From assembly GCF_004010195.1 (NCBI RefSeq), contig NC_057750.1, forward strand, positions 12,789,459 through 12,853,135: a stretch of DNA of 63,677 nucleotides, written 5' to 3'. The position numbers and the translations under genes were made by a program. The notes under the pieces were generated by a model. The model was not told where the DNA came from and did not search any database. It saw nothing but the letters and a program-made list of their open reading frames with translations. Shown here piece by piece: positions 1 to 10,893 of this stretch (the first letter of the stretch is position 1; every line of letters begins with the position of its first letter). The stretch comes from Chiloscyllium plagiosum. Its lineage: Eukaryota.

Positions 1-830
1 ATGTGAAGTGTGTTGTGTGGCACAAGTCGAGTAGTTTAAGTATGCCGTCTTTGTTGGTAGGTTCAGCGTCCTGTTTTCTGTTCTGTATGTTCAGTAGGTT
101 GGCTATTGTTTCTCTGGCTAGGGTTTTGTCAATCGTAGTGAACAGTGCCGTCACGTCGAATTATATCATGGTTTCTTCTTTGTCTATGTGTGTATTTCTG
201 ATGATGTCCAAGAATTCCTGTGTTGATTGTATAGAGTGTTTGGATCCGCTGACCAGGTGTTTCAGTTTCTGTTGTAGTTCTTTGGCCAGTTTGTATGATG
301 GTGTCCCTGGTAGTGATACTATGGGTCTGAGTGTGATGTCTGGTTTGTGTACTTTAGGTAATCCATAGAATTTGGGGGTGTTGTTGCTTTCCGGTTTCAT
401 TCTTTGTAGGTCAGCTCTGGTTATCTGTCCGTTTTTTTTGTAGATTCCTTAGTGTGTTATTTATCCTATTGGTGAGTTGTGGGGTGGGGTCAAATTCCTT
501 CATTTGGTAGGTGTTGATATCTACAAGTAGTTGTTGTGCTTTTTGGATGTAATCAGATTTATCTAGGATGACCGTCATTCTGCCTTTATCTGCTGGTAGT
601 ATGATTATGTTCTTATCGTTTCTTAGTGATTTCAGTGCTTCCCTCTCCTTGGTGCTGAGGTTATGTATTTGTCTTTTCCTTATTATCATAGGTATGACCG
701 TTTGTCTCACTGTTTGTTGTGTCTCTTCTGTCAGTCCATTGTTCCTTAGTAGCCACACACGTGCTGCTAGGAAGTCTGCTGTCTTGGCATCCCTGTGGTT
801 GTAGTTGAGCCCCTTGGCCAGTATTGTTTT
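1..830 (-). mobile_element. Penelope-like element (Poseidon-type) reverse transcriptase region, decayed; runs off window start
   Basis: Minus-strand translation reads IIILPADKGRMTVILDKSDYIQKA...PKFYGLPKVHKPDITLRPIVS...YKLAK...EETMI*FDVTALFT, the typical PLE RT N-terminal motifs. There is a frameshift at the T-run ~432-439 and a nonsense codon at ~161. Confidence 0.93.
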
Positions 831-897
831 AGATTAGATTAGATTAGATTACTTACAGTGTGGAAACAGGCCCTTCGGCCCAACAAGTCCACACCGC
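831..897 (-). mobile_element. HE1-type SINE 3' fragment with (AATCT)n tail
   Basis: agattagattagattagatt-acttacagtgtggaaacaggcccttcggcccaacaagtccacacc matches the 3' ends of the full copies at 35112-35422 and 40515-40840. Confidence 0.9.
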
Positions 898-899
898 CC

Positions 900-965
900 T
901 CCAGCTCGGCGAACAGAACCACAGCAACGAGCACCCGAGCTACAAATCTTCGCACAAACTTTGAA
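900..965 (+). mobile_element. Penelope pLTR 3' tail, inverted relative to the adjacent PLE ORF
   Basis: Near-identical to 47350-47411 (ccagctcggcgaacagaaccac...gagctacaaatcttcgcacaaactttgaa). Confidence 0.88.
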
Positions 966-1464
966 CAAACAGGATAGTTCCTTCAGAGAGTTAGCGTTGC
1001 AGTGATGGTTCACGTGATGTGCTGAAAGCCTCTCTCATTCCATCACTTTCACTTGGCTATTATAACCTGAGACGTTCAAGATTTGACTAACTCAGAGTTA
1101 GTCCAGCTATATGGAGTAAGGTCAGAACCACTCCAGAGGATGCTGGGCAGATTCTGTACATTTAAGGAAGGGGATGGACAGATTTTTAATGAAGGGTTCT
1201 GAGGGAAGTGGAGCTGAGACTCAGCTGACAAGGGCCGCGCAGTGAACCTGGCTCCCCATGGCTGAATTCCCTTACTCCTGTTCCTAGTTCTTAGGCCCCT
1301 CACGTCAGCTTTGACCCACTCTATCCATTTTTCTATCAGTCCAGTCCAATCTGGTCTGTTAGTCCAATCCTATCTCGTTCAGGCTGTTTGTCCAGTTGGT
1401 TAGTCTGTCGGTCAGTCAATGTCTCCATCAATCAGTCGGTCTGTCTGTCTGCCATCTTTACTTT

Positions 1465-1556
1465 ACTCGGTCTAGATTAGAGTGGTGCTGGGAAAGCACA
1501 TCAGGTCAGGCAGCATCCGAGGAGCAGGAAAATCGATGTTTCAGGCAAAAGTCCCA
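1465..1556 (-). mobile_element. Short Penelope-derived element, family A; hammerhead truncated
   Basis: gtgctgggaaagcacatcaggtcaggcagcatccgaggagcaggaaaatcgatgtttc, flanked by an imperfect 13-bp direct repeat (ccatctttacttt / ccatatttacttt). Confidence 0.8.
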
Positions 1557-1616
1557 CCATATTTACTTTTCTGTCTACCTGCCTAGATATATATCTGTCT
1601 GTTTATCATTCATACT

Positions 1617-2398
1617 GTCATGCAGAATGGAAACAGAACCTTCAATCCAACCAGCGGGGTGGCATGGTGGCTCAGTGGTTAGCACTGCTGCTTCACATTG
1701 TCAGCAACATGGGCTCAATTCCAGCCTCAGGCGACTGGAGTTTGTACATTTTCCCCATGTCCTCTGGGTGCTCTGGTTTCCTCCCAAAGTTCAAGGGTGT
1801 GCAGTTGAAGTGGATTAGCCATGCTACACTGCTCATAGTGTTCAGGGAAATGTGGGGTTCCAGGGTAGGTAGGTCCGTCTGGGTGGGATGTTCATCAGAG
1901 GCTCAATGTAGACTTGATGGGCTGAATGGTCTCCTTCCATACTGTATTCTGTGGTCATCCATGCTGACCATGTTCCCAAACTAAACTAGTCCCACCTGCC
2001 TGCGATTGGCCCATACCCCTCCAAACCTTTCCTATTCATGTCCTTATCCAAATGTCTTTTAAGCATTGTAACCGTATCTGCATCCACCACTTCCTCAGGA
2101 AGTTCATTGCACACATGAACCACTCTCTGTCTAAAAGAGTTGCCCCTCAGGTCCCTTTTAAACCTTTCTCCTCTCACCTTAAAAATATGCCCCGTAGTTT
2201 TGAAATCACCCATCTGAGGGAAAAACCCTTGGTTATTAACCTTATCCATGCTCCTCATGAATCAATGAACTTCTATAACTTCAGCCTTCTATGCTCCAGT
2301 GAAAAAAGTCCCAATCTGTTTTTATAACTCTCCATTCCTGGCAACATCCTGGTAAATCTTTTTTCAATCCTCTCCAGTTTAACAATCTCCTTCTTATA
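1617..2398 (-). mobile_element. CR1 LINE 3' fragment, interrupted by an HE1 SINE
   Basis: Translation ...FKVRGERFKRDLRGNSFRQRVVHVCNELPEEVV... matches the CR1 ORF2 C-terminus. Confidence 0.9.
1656..1950 (+). mobile_element. HE1-type V-SINE
   Basis: tRNA-like head ggcatggtggctcagtggttagcactgctg followed by the core ggagtttg-acatt-tcccc. Confidence 0.88.
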
Positions 2399-2489
2399 TC
2401 TACACATATCCAGGCATTATTTATTATTTATTTAATGGTTGCCCCAGTCTTTCCTTGTTGCCTCCTCCACGCCCTAAAACTGTCTGGGA

Positions 2490-2670
2490 TCATTGCCCCC
2501 TCCAATTCTCAGCAACCCCCTGCTTCCATCACGACTGCCATCGGCGGCCATAACTCCAGTTGCCAAGGCAACGAGAATTGGAATTCTCCCCGATCCTCAA
2601 CACCTCCCCTCTTAGCCACTTCACTTCCCTGTTTCAGATACCCCTCAGAACTGAACTCTCCATCCTCTCG
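2490..2670 (+). mobile_element. Old L2-like LINE 3' fragment
   Basis: catcggcggccataactccagttgccaaggc...ggaattctccc resembles the L2 ORF2 end. A related piece lies at 56190-56420. Confidence 0.5.
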
Positions 2671-2689
2671 TTTGGTTTAAAAACCCATT

Positions 2690-2770
2690 TAACACACCTC
2701 TGGAGCAGATAGGACTTTGAACCTGGGCCTCCTGGTGTGGAGGTAGGGACACTGCCACACAAGAGCTCTC
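2690..2770 (-). mobile_element. Short tRNA-derived SINE fragment (third family)
   Basis: Shares ctggagcag...cctgg...gtagggacac with 13570-13640 (-) and 12330-12400 (+). Confidence 0.55.
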
Positions 2771-3759
2771 AAACTTTGTTTGATAATGCTCTCGTGCAGC
2801 GCCTTCGCCAACTGCCTTAAGGGGACTACACACATAAAAGTTGTTGCTATGTGTCTTCCTAGTTTATGTTCTCTATTCTATATCCAGTAACAAACTACTA
2901 TGTTTCTCCTGCTGATCCGTCTTGTTATCTGTTGATTTACCATGCTCTAGGATATATAGCGGTGCTAATGTTTGGTCGCTTTGCTGCAAGTCTTGCCTCC
3001 TGGTGCAGTTGAAGTGTTTCAGGCAGGATCGGGGACTGGGCTGGACGGGTAACCTGAGTAGGTGGCACCAAGACAAGAGTGGTCACATTAGACCAGAAGT
3101 GCCTCCCACTATGTGTTGCCTTGGGTCTCTGACCCCTTCCCAATCTCAGGCTTAAATTGCGACCCTGATCCGCAGGGAATCTCCCCTTCATCCCAGGAAT
3201 AACACAACAAGCCATAAATCATCCAGCTGCCAAGCCTGGAGTGTGTTTAGTTAGCAAAGCGAAAATAGGATAGGCGCAAGCAGAGAGAGAGGGGAAGGGA
3301 AGGGTAGGAATCAAGGGGATTATTCCAAAGCTAAACTCCACAGTGTAACTAACACGACACAATGTGGAGTGCCTTGCAAGACCATTTTCCTGCCTCTAAA
3401 GTTACAAAATACCAGCGGATTCTGTTACTTTTATGAGGACAAATTAGCGGAATACTCAGTCACTCACAATGGTCTCGATACAACAGGCCATCAAATCTCA
3501 GCAAGTGTCTTAAACCATCGGGTGAAAATGGCCTCAAGTGAGCCTTTTTGTTATTTTAACCGAGGACCTTTACATCAAAGGCAGCAAGCTGGAGAAATGG
3601 TTTCATGTGTTTGTCTGCTAATTTTGTCCCCTGTCAGTGCGTGGGCAATGTACACTGAAAATGCAAGACTTTACTCCAGCGCATACTCAATGATATGGAT
3701 TGGGTGAGTGAACCCCAGGTGAGGGAGTAGTTGGTTAATAAACACAGTCACAAATACAA

Positions 3760-3930
3760 GCATGCGCGCACACACACGAACGCACACACACGAATGCACA
3801 CATGTGCACGCACACTCTTACACACACATGCACATGAGCACACACACACACACATGCATGAGCACACACACACCACGCACACACACACACCCCCCACACA
3901 CACAGACACAGACACAGACACACACATGCA
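3760..3930. repeat. Degenerate (CA)n microsatellite
   Basis: Visible CA/CACG-rich run. Confidence 0.95.
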
Positions 3931-4787
3931 GAGGATTTTGGGACTGTAGCTGGTTTTTGTCTGCAGTCCTCCTCTGTGTGCCCAGCCACCACTGAACCGT
4001 TTAGAAAGTGTCCCATTTGCTTTTAATTATATCTTTGATGATGATTCTTCAGTGCTCTCTCGCTAATGTTTGCCATTATGGATAAGTGGTTCGGTGCAAT
4101 TTTGGGAAGGGGGGAGCGAGTGGGAGTTGGAATGAGAAAATCTACTGTTTCAGAGTTTTCCAACTCTGATCTCTACAGCAGTACCTCACCCAGAGTCACA
4201 CAGATTGCTTTGGATCTCGGGTTAGGTGTCAGCGTCGGCTCAACTACTGGTGACAGCTAACTCAATTTACGTAGTGCCTGAAGTGTCCCCAGGCACCTCA
4301 CAGCAATTATGCCGAGAAACTTTAAGGACGTATCAGGAGAGGCGACCCAAAACTTAATCAAAGTGTTTGTACGGCCACTACAGCACAGAAGCTAACTATT
4401 CAGTGAAACTAGGAGCAGGCTGTTCGGGCCTTCAAACCCGCTCTGTGTTTCAATAAGATCATGGCTGAACCTCAATGCTGTATCTTCACTTTCTCCCCAT
4501 TCTCCTTGATGCCTTTAAAAACCTAACAAAAATTTTCGATACCTTTCTTGAGTACATTCAGCCACCCAGGCCAACCTGGGAGCGAGTTCCCCAGGTTGAC
4601 CACCCCCTGAGTGAACAAATCTTCAATCACCTCAATCCAAAATGGCTTCCCCCATGCCCTGAGATCATGTCCCCTGATTCTAGACTCCCCAGCCAGGCGG
4701 ACACACCCTCCCTGTATCCAGCATGTCCAGCCCTGTTTGAAGTTTATATGTTCCAATCAGAACCCCTCTCATTCTTCTATTTTCATC

Positions 4788-5225
4788 GTCTGTTGCCAGG
4801 GTTGAATGGTCTGAGCTATAAGGAAAGGCTGAATAGACAGGGGCTGTTTTCCCTGGAATGTCGGAGGCTGAGAGGTAACCTTATAAATGTTTATAAAATC
4901 ATGAGGGGCATAGATAGGGTGAATAGCCAAGGACTTTCTTCCCATGGTAGAAGAGTCCAAAATTAGAGGGATTTAAAGTGAGAGGGAAAAGATTTAAAAA
5001 GGACCTGAAGGGCAACTTTTTCACCCAGAGGGTGGTACGTGTATGGAATGAGCTGCCAGAGGAAGTGGTGGAATTACAGCATTTAAAAGGCATCTGGATG
5101 GGTTTATGAATAGGAAGGGTTTAGAGGGATATGGGCCAAATGGGACCAGATTAATTTAGGGTTTCTGGTTGGCATGGACAAGTTGGGTCTGAAGGGTCTG
5201 TTTCCATACTGTACAACACTATGGT
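4788..5225 (+). mobile_element. CR1 LINE 3' fragment
   Basis: LLPGLNGLSYKERLNRQGLFSLECRRLRGNLINVYKIMRGIDRV followed by the CR1 3' UTR. Confidence 0.93.
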
Positions 5226-6014
5226 GTACAAGGACACCCATTTGTATCATCACCTAAATAATACACTTCATTACTATTTCTCAAACTAAAGATGAGAGTT
5301 TCACATTTATTCATGTTACACTTCATCTGCTGTCTGTTTACCCACACACCTAAATAGTCTAAATCACTCTGACATCTCCTTGCACCAAGACCATGTCAAC
5401 TCTCTCTGGTCAGTCTCATTAACTTCCTCTACCCCTGTAATCCGGGAGGTGTACTTCCCTCATCCAATTTCCTTCAGAAATCAATCTCTTCCCAAACTGC
5501 CATTCCTCCCGAAGGCAGTCACTTCCAGTTCATCACCAATAGCTGCCAGACAGCATTCGCGTTGCAACCTATACCCCTCCCCTAAACCTGCTTCCCCGGG
5601 TGGGGGGGGAACGTGCTGTCAGCTAACGGCAACTGCTTTGCCTTTGCCTCCCTTATCAGAATTTCATACCCCTCTATCAAAGTCACCCATTGGTTCATCA
5701 CGCACCTTAATCCCAGCTTCCCCAGCTGTGAACCTGCAGCCCCACTTATAGAGTCATACTGGAAACAGAGTCTTCAGTCCAAACAGTCCATGCCGAACTA
5801 AACTAGCCCCATAATCCTCCAAACCTTTCCCATTCATCAAATGGTCTGGGTCATGAAGGGCATGGATAGGATGAATAGACAAGATCTTTTTTCCCATGGT
5901 AGCAGAGTCCAAAATTAGAGGGATTTAAAGTGAGAGGGGAAAGATTTAAAAAGGACCCAAAGGGCGACTTGCTTGGGTCACTAGCAAAGGCCCGAGTGCA
6001 GGAATGAACAGCAA

Positions 6015-6415
6015 GAGATTGTGAACCCAGCCCAGTCCATCACACAAACCAGCCTCCCCACCCACTGACTCCATCTACCCTTCCCACTGCCTCAGGAAGG
6101 CAGCCAACATCATCAAAGACCCCTCCCACCCCGGTTAGAATCTCTTCCACCCTCTTCCATCGGAAGAACATACAAAAGCTTAAACACACGTACCAGCAGA
6201 TTCAAGAACAGCCTCTTCCCCGCTGTTGTTAGACTGCTGAATGGACATCTCAAATTTCAAATTTAATGTTGATCTTGCTCTCTGTGCACCTTCTCTGCAA
6301 CTTTGTATTCCTCGCCCTGTTCTATTACCATAATGCATTTTTTTATGGTATGACCTGCCTGTAGTGCACACAAAACAAAACTTTTCAATGTACCTAGGTA
6401 CAATCAATCAAATCA
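6015..6415 (+). mobile_element. Rex1/Babar LINE 3' fragment
   Basis: atcatcaaagacccctcccaccc...agattcaagaacagc(t)tcttcccc with an aatcaatcaaatc tail. Same family as 43140-43838. Confidence 0.8.
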
Positions 6416-6599
6416 CATCAATAAAGGGAGTAGCCACAGGTTCTTGTAAATTGCCAATGCTAGAGAACCATTGACCTAATTTACCTGCACTTGGAGGCTG
6501 GGTAGGTTTTAAGGACTGTTTTAGAGGAGGATAGAAAGCTGAAAGGCGAGAGGAAGGGATTCCTGAGCTTTCAGCCCTAGGGAAGGGTGGACAATCAAA

Positions 6600-6915
6600 T
6601 GTAGAACATAGAACAGTACAACACAGTACAGGCCCTTCAGCCCTCAATGTTGTGCTGGCCTTTTATCCTACTCTATGATCAGACTAACCTACATACCTTT
6701 CATTTTATTATCATCCACGTGCCTATCCAAGAGTCGCTTTAATGTCCCTAATGTGTATTACCATTGCTGACAATGCATCCCACACACCCACCACTCTCTG
6801 TGTAAAGAACCTACCTCTGACATCGCCCCTAAATCACTTTAAAATTATGCTCCCTGGGAAAATGTCACTAGCGATCGACTTTGTCTGTGCCTTTCATCAT
6901 CTTGTATACCTCTAT
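6600..6915 (-). mobile_element. CR1 LINE 3' fragment (ATGTTCT-tailed subfamily)
   Basis: agaacatagaacagtaca...ggcccttcagccc...ccactctctgtgtaaagaacc. Confidence 0.75.
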
Positions 6916-7134
6916 TAAACAAAGCAGAGCGATTAAAATGAGGACATATAAAAAGCCAGAATTGGAGATGCAGAGATATCTCAGAGGGTTATGCGGCTGG
7001 AAGAGGGTACAGTAATAAGGGGTGGGCAAAGACAGTTGAACGTTCTGAGAAATGGGTGAAAATATTTACATTGAAGTGTTGCCTGACCAGAAATCAGCCA
7101 ACTCAGGGCTGATGGGTGAAAAGGATTTGGTGTG

Positions 7135-7232
7135 AGAAAGCTGGGGGAACTCAGCAGATCTGGCAGCACCTGTGGAGAGAGAGAGAGAAAAACAGAGTTA
7201 ACATTTCAAGTCCAGTATAACTCTATTTCAGA
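7135..7232 (-). mobile_element. Older Penelope-derived short element, family B; degenerate hammerhead
   Basis: ctcagcagatctggcagcacctgtggagag...agagttaacatttc. Related copies lie at 32018-32112, 34890-34990, 43845-43942 and 57040-57130. Confidence 0.7.
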
Positions 7233-8399
7233 TTTGGAGTGAGTTGGGACAGGTACAATGAGTTGAGCTCATGTTTATCGAGTGTGAAAAGCCAGCCAGG
7301 GGAGGGTTGGGATGAGTGATCTAATAGTTAGAAAGGATGAGGGTTTCAGCAGCATATGAGCTGAGAAGTTCAAGTGATACAGGTGTCTCCCCGCCAAGTG
7401 CTTTCGGGGAGTTTCATCTTGTCTCTCCAAGGCCCACATTGAGTTCAGCTCCTGCACCAAGCTATGAAGGAAGGGATGTTTAATCCACCTGGATCAGAGA
7501 GATAAAGGACACACACAAATTCCCCTGGGTCACGCGGGTCCCAGAATCTTCATCGTCTCTTTCCATTTACCTGGTCCATCCAGGTAGTGCTCTTTATAAA
7601 ACCGTTTAACAAAAATCCAGACTAAATATTACATGTGGTGTTCAGGAATAAACTACGCTTTAATCTCAATGTTACACACGTAAAGGATAATCTCTTAATA
7701 GTGTATCGCTCTATCAATCAAATCCTGGATTTGAACCCATATCCCCAAAGCATTAGAGCCTTTGGGTTATGGAGCCCAGTGACATTACCTATAGGCCACC
7801 TGAAAAGCAGTACTATCAGCCTTTCTTGATGTTCAGTCAGCTTACCATCGCCCATACTGTACTGCTTACACTGAGGGAGGAACAGCTCTGTGACATCGTC
7901 ACAAAATTGCTCCAGGATCTGGTAATTAAGTTAACCGTTTGTGGTGGGGTGACAAGGTGCGGCCTGAGCTCAAGCGCTGAACTACATGAGCACTATGTTA
8001 TAGTTGTGCAGCTGTAGAATCCTGGAAAGTGGTGAAAATTAGAAACAATTATTTTCTCCTTTATTCTTTCACGGGATGTGGGTGCTGCTGCTGTTGAAGG
8101 CAACATGACTGCCTGTCCCTAATTGCCCTTGAACTGAGTGGATTACAAGGCCATTCCAGAGGAAGTTTAAGAGTCATCCCCTTCCCTGTGGGTCTGGAGT
8201 CACATGTAAACCTGACCGGGCAAGGACGGCAGATTTCGCTCCCTAAAGGGGAGGATGGTTTTTATAACAGTCGAAGTTAGATTCACGTTAACCATGACTG
8301 AAGTTGACAATCAATTCCTGATTTAGTTGAAATTAGAGCTGAAAATGTGTTGCTGGAAAAGCGCAGCAGGTCAGGCAGCATCCAAGGAGCAGGAGAATC

Positions 8400-8427
8400 G
8401 ACGTTTCGGGCATAAGCCCTTCTTCAG
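8400..8427 (-). ncRNA. Minimal type I hammerhead ribozyme motif (core intact)
   Basis: Reverse complement reads CUGAAGA-A-GGGC-UUAU-GCCC-GAAA-C-GUC. Confidence 0.8.
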
Positions 8428-8539
8428 GAGTGAGGAGGGTGTGTCCAGCAGGCTAAGATAAAAGGTAGGGAGGAGGGACTTGGGGGAGGGGCTTTGGAAA
8501 TGCGATAGGTGGAGGGAGGTCAAGGTGAGTTCCTCATTC

Positions 8540-8567
8540 CTGAAGAAGGGCTTATGCCCGAAACGTC
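8540..8567 (+). ncRNA. Minimal type I hammerhead ribozyme motif (core intact)
   Basis: CUGAAGA-A-GGGC-UUAU-GCCC-GAAA-C-GUC, with a palindromic ACGU stem III. Confidence 0.82.
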
Positions 8568-9784
8568 GATTCTCCTGTTCCTTGGATGCTGCCTGACCTG
8601 CTGCGCTTTTCCAGCAACACATTTTCAGCTCTGATCTCCAGTATCTGCAGTCCTCACTTTCTCCTTCATTGAAATTAGATTCAACAAACCTGGATTTGAA
8701 CCTATGTCCCCGAAACATCAGGACCTTTGGATTAGGAGCCCAGTGATGTTACCTGTAGGTCACCTGGGAAGCAGAGTGTCGAAGTATCTCAGACCTTAGG
8801 CTCCGACACTGATTTCCATTCCACACCTCATGCCTAGGGACATTGTCAAGTGATCAAGTCAGTCACGGCTAATTCATATCTCCCGGAGTGTTCCTGGGTT
8901 GGGTTGAGGTTGGGTTTCCATCAGAGTGAGGCAGACAAGTTACAGGTTAGGCCCAGGGCCTGGATGCACCTGGTGTTCTGACCATTGCTCCTCCCCAATG
9001 GAGGCCTCCATTCTGTCCCATTCGGGTCCAGATTCCTGTCTTACCTGAAGCAAGCCTTGCAGATGGTGTGAGTGGGGCCAGGGAATTGCCTACTGGGCTC
9101 CCTGAATCCCTCGTTTGTGGAAGCGTGGAGAGACTGGCACCTGTTTTGCTGTTGGAGATCAGGATGGGGGCATGTTGCTTTCAGCCTGGAATGCCAAAGA
9201 AATAAGATTGCAATCAGCACCATTTTTGTTCCTCCTGCAACGTGTGGGTGACAGGACAATCTTCAGAAGGTTACAGCAATTCCCACATCTCAAAAAGGAG
9301 CACTTCAGTAAAATTTGACAGACTTGGAGCTAAAGGGCCCCGGATTTTGGATGCTTGATAACAACAAGATGACAGTTTACTCCACTTCCTTGCTGTGACT
9401 GCGCTATCCCATTTCTAACATAGTACTCCCGATAGGTTCAGGATCAGTCTCAGTCCCAAGTGGCTTTGCCTGACGTCCTGATGACCAGGGCTGTGAACCG
9501 ATAGCACGCGCCTATAGTTCAAGCTGTCGTCCTTGCTCCTCAGCTGGAGCAGTGCGAACAGCATGAGAGGCTGCTGACGGGCTCCTACATTTCAGCAGCA
9601 GCACAAAGCCAAGCGATCCCAGGAGGGCCGAGAGCTGAGAAGGTGATTTTTACATGTTCACACAATCCATGAGTCGGGTAGTTCGTATCCAGACCTTCAC
9701 AAGCAAGCTCAGTCACGTCCTTATTGACACACACCTCACACATCACTTCTGCCAAGAGATGGCTCTGAAAAATGCTTCATTCTT

Positions 9785-10070
9785 TATTCACACACGAGAT
9801 GTGGGCACCTTTGACATTTAATGCCCCATCCCCAATTGCCCTCTTGAGAAGGTGGGGGTGAGCTGCCCTCTTGAACCGCAGCTGACCATGTGCTGCAGAG
9901 ACACCCACAATGCCCTTAGGGAGGGAATTCCAGAATTTTGACCAAGCCACGCAGAAGGAATGGCGTTTTATTTGCTCGTCAAGATGGTGAGTGGCTCAGA
10001 GGGGAACTTGCACGGGGTGGTGTTCCCATATATCTGCTGCCCCCGTCCTTCTAGATGTTAGAGATCATAA
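9785..10070 (-). mobile_element. 3' fragment of second CR1-group LINE family (LINE-B)
   Basis: ttgagaaggtgg...gagctgcc-tcttgaacc...ggggaacttgca matches the 3' end of 52075-54005. Confidence 0.8.
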
Positions 10071-10559
10071 GTCTGGACAATGTCGGAAGGCTAACTGTAA
10101 TATATTCACTTTTTGGAGATTTCACATCTTGCATTACAAAGGATTCAAACAAGCATCTAAAGGTTTCTACCATTGTGTTGTGTATTTGCTGTTTTTTTAT
10201 ATATTCCATATATCTGATTTACCACAAAACTATGCAGAGATTACAACACTTCCAAAATCACTTTATTTACAAGATGTCTCCACAAATGTTCACAACTCTG
10301 GCTTCTTTCTGGAAATTTCTGAGGCTCCTTCCAGCTTTATTCAATCGAGCACCATGAACATAGATCAGTCGACAAACTAATACAATTAAACACAGATAAA
10401 TTCAACCACACATTGACATCATCAGAAGAACAGTTCTTTGTGGGAGTTAGTAATCTCTGTCGGGGAGTCCCACCGTTAAACTATTTCAACCCTCCAAGTG
10501 TAAGACACACAATGACATGGGACGGGGAATTTTCAGATGGTGGGGAGGGAACTAGTGAT

Positions 10560-10893
10560 TATAATGAAGTCAGCCAGGTGTCCTTCATAGACTAGGAGTT
10601 CCCTGACTGGGGCTGTTAACCTGGTCCAATCAGGGAGCCCTGGCTGACAGATATAAACAGGAGGTTTGCGGTAGTGTGGGAGCAATGAAAAAAAAAAGAA
10701 ACGAAAAAGAAAAAAAAAATAAACAAGGGTGTCAGAGATTCTGCTAAAAAAAACAGGAGGGTAACAAGAGGGTCAGAGGTTCTGTTCACTCTGAGAGCTG
10801 TCTCTGAGGGAGCTGGACCAGTGTCAAGGATTTTCCATGTTTAAATAAAGGGGGACTTGGTGAGAGGATACCGGCCTCTGTGGAGTTATTTCA
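10560..10893 (+). mobile_element. Solo LTR (~220-bp core, probably Gypsy-type) with an A-tailed insert at its TATA box
   Basis: CCAAT, then TATAAA, AATAAA and a terminal ttatttCA. The copy at 22628 starts TGTAACG. Three copies are present in the window. Confidence 0.72.

Larger units (their letters stand above)
8335..8668. mobile_element. Fold-back Penelope-derived element (family A) with ~100-bp inverted arms and a hammerhead on each strand
   Basis: 8335-8435 is the near-perfect reverse complement of 8531-8632. The 11-bp direct repeat ttgaaattaga flanks it (8327-8337 and 8669-8679). Confidence 0.9.
8055..8760 (-). mobile_element. tRNA-derived SINE (family 2) hosting a Penelope hairpin insertion
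   Basis: Diagnostic core gtgggtctggagtcacatgta...gacc-gg-aagga-ggcagattt, shared with about a dozen other copies in the window. Confidence 0.8.

Noticed and set aside
3731..4016. His/Thr- or Cys/Val-rich ORFs (also 24223-24692 and 54339-54990)
   Set aside because: These are translations of (CA)n/(GT)n microsatellites.
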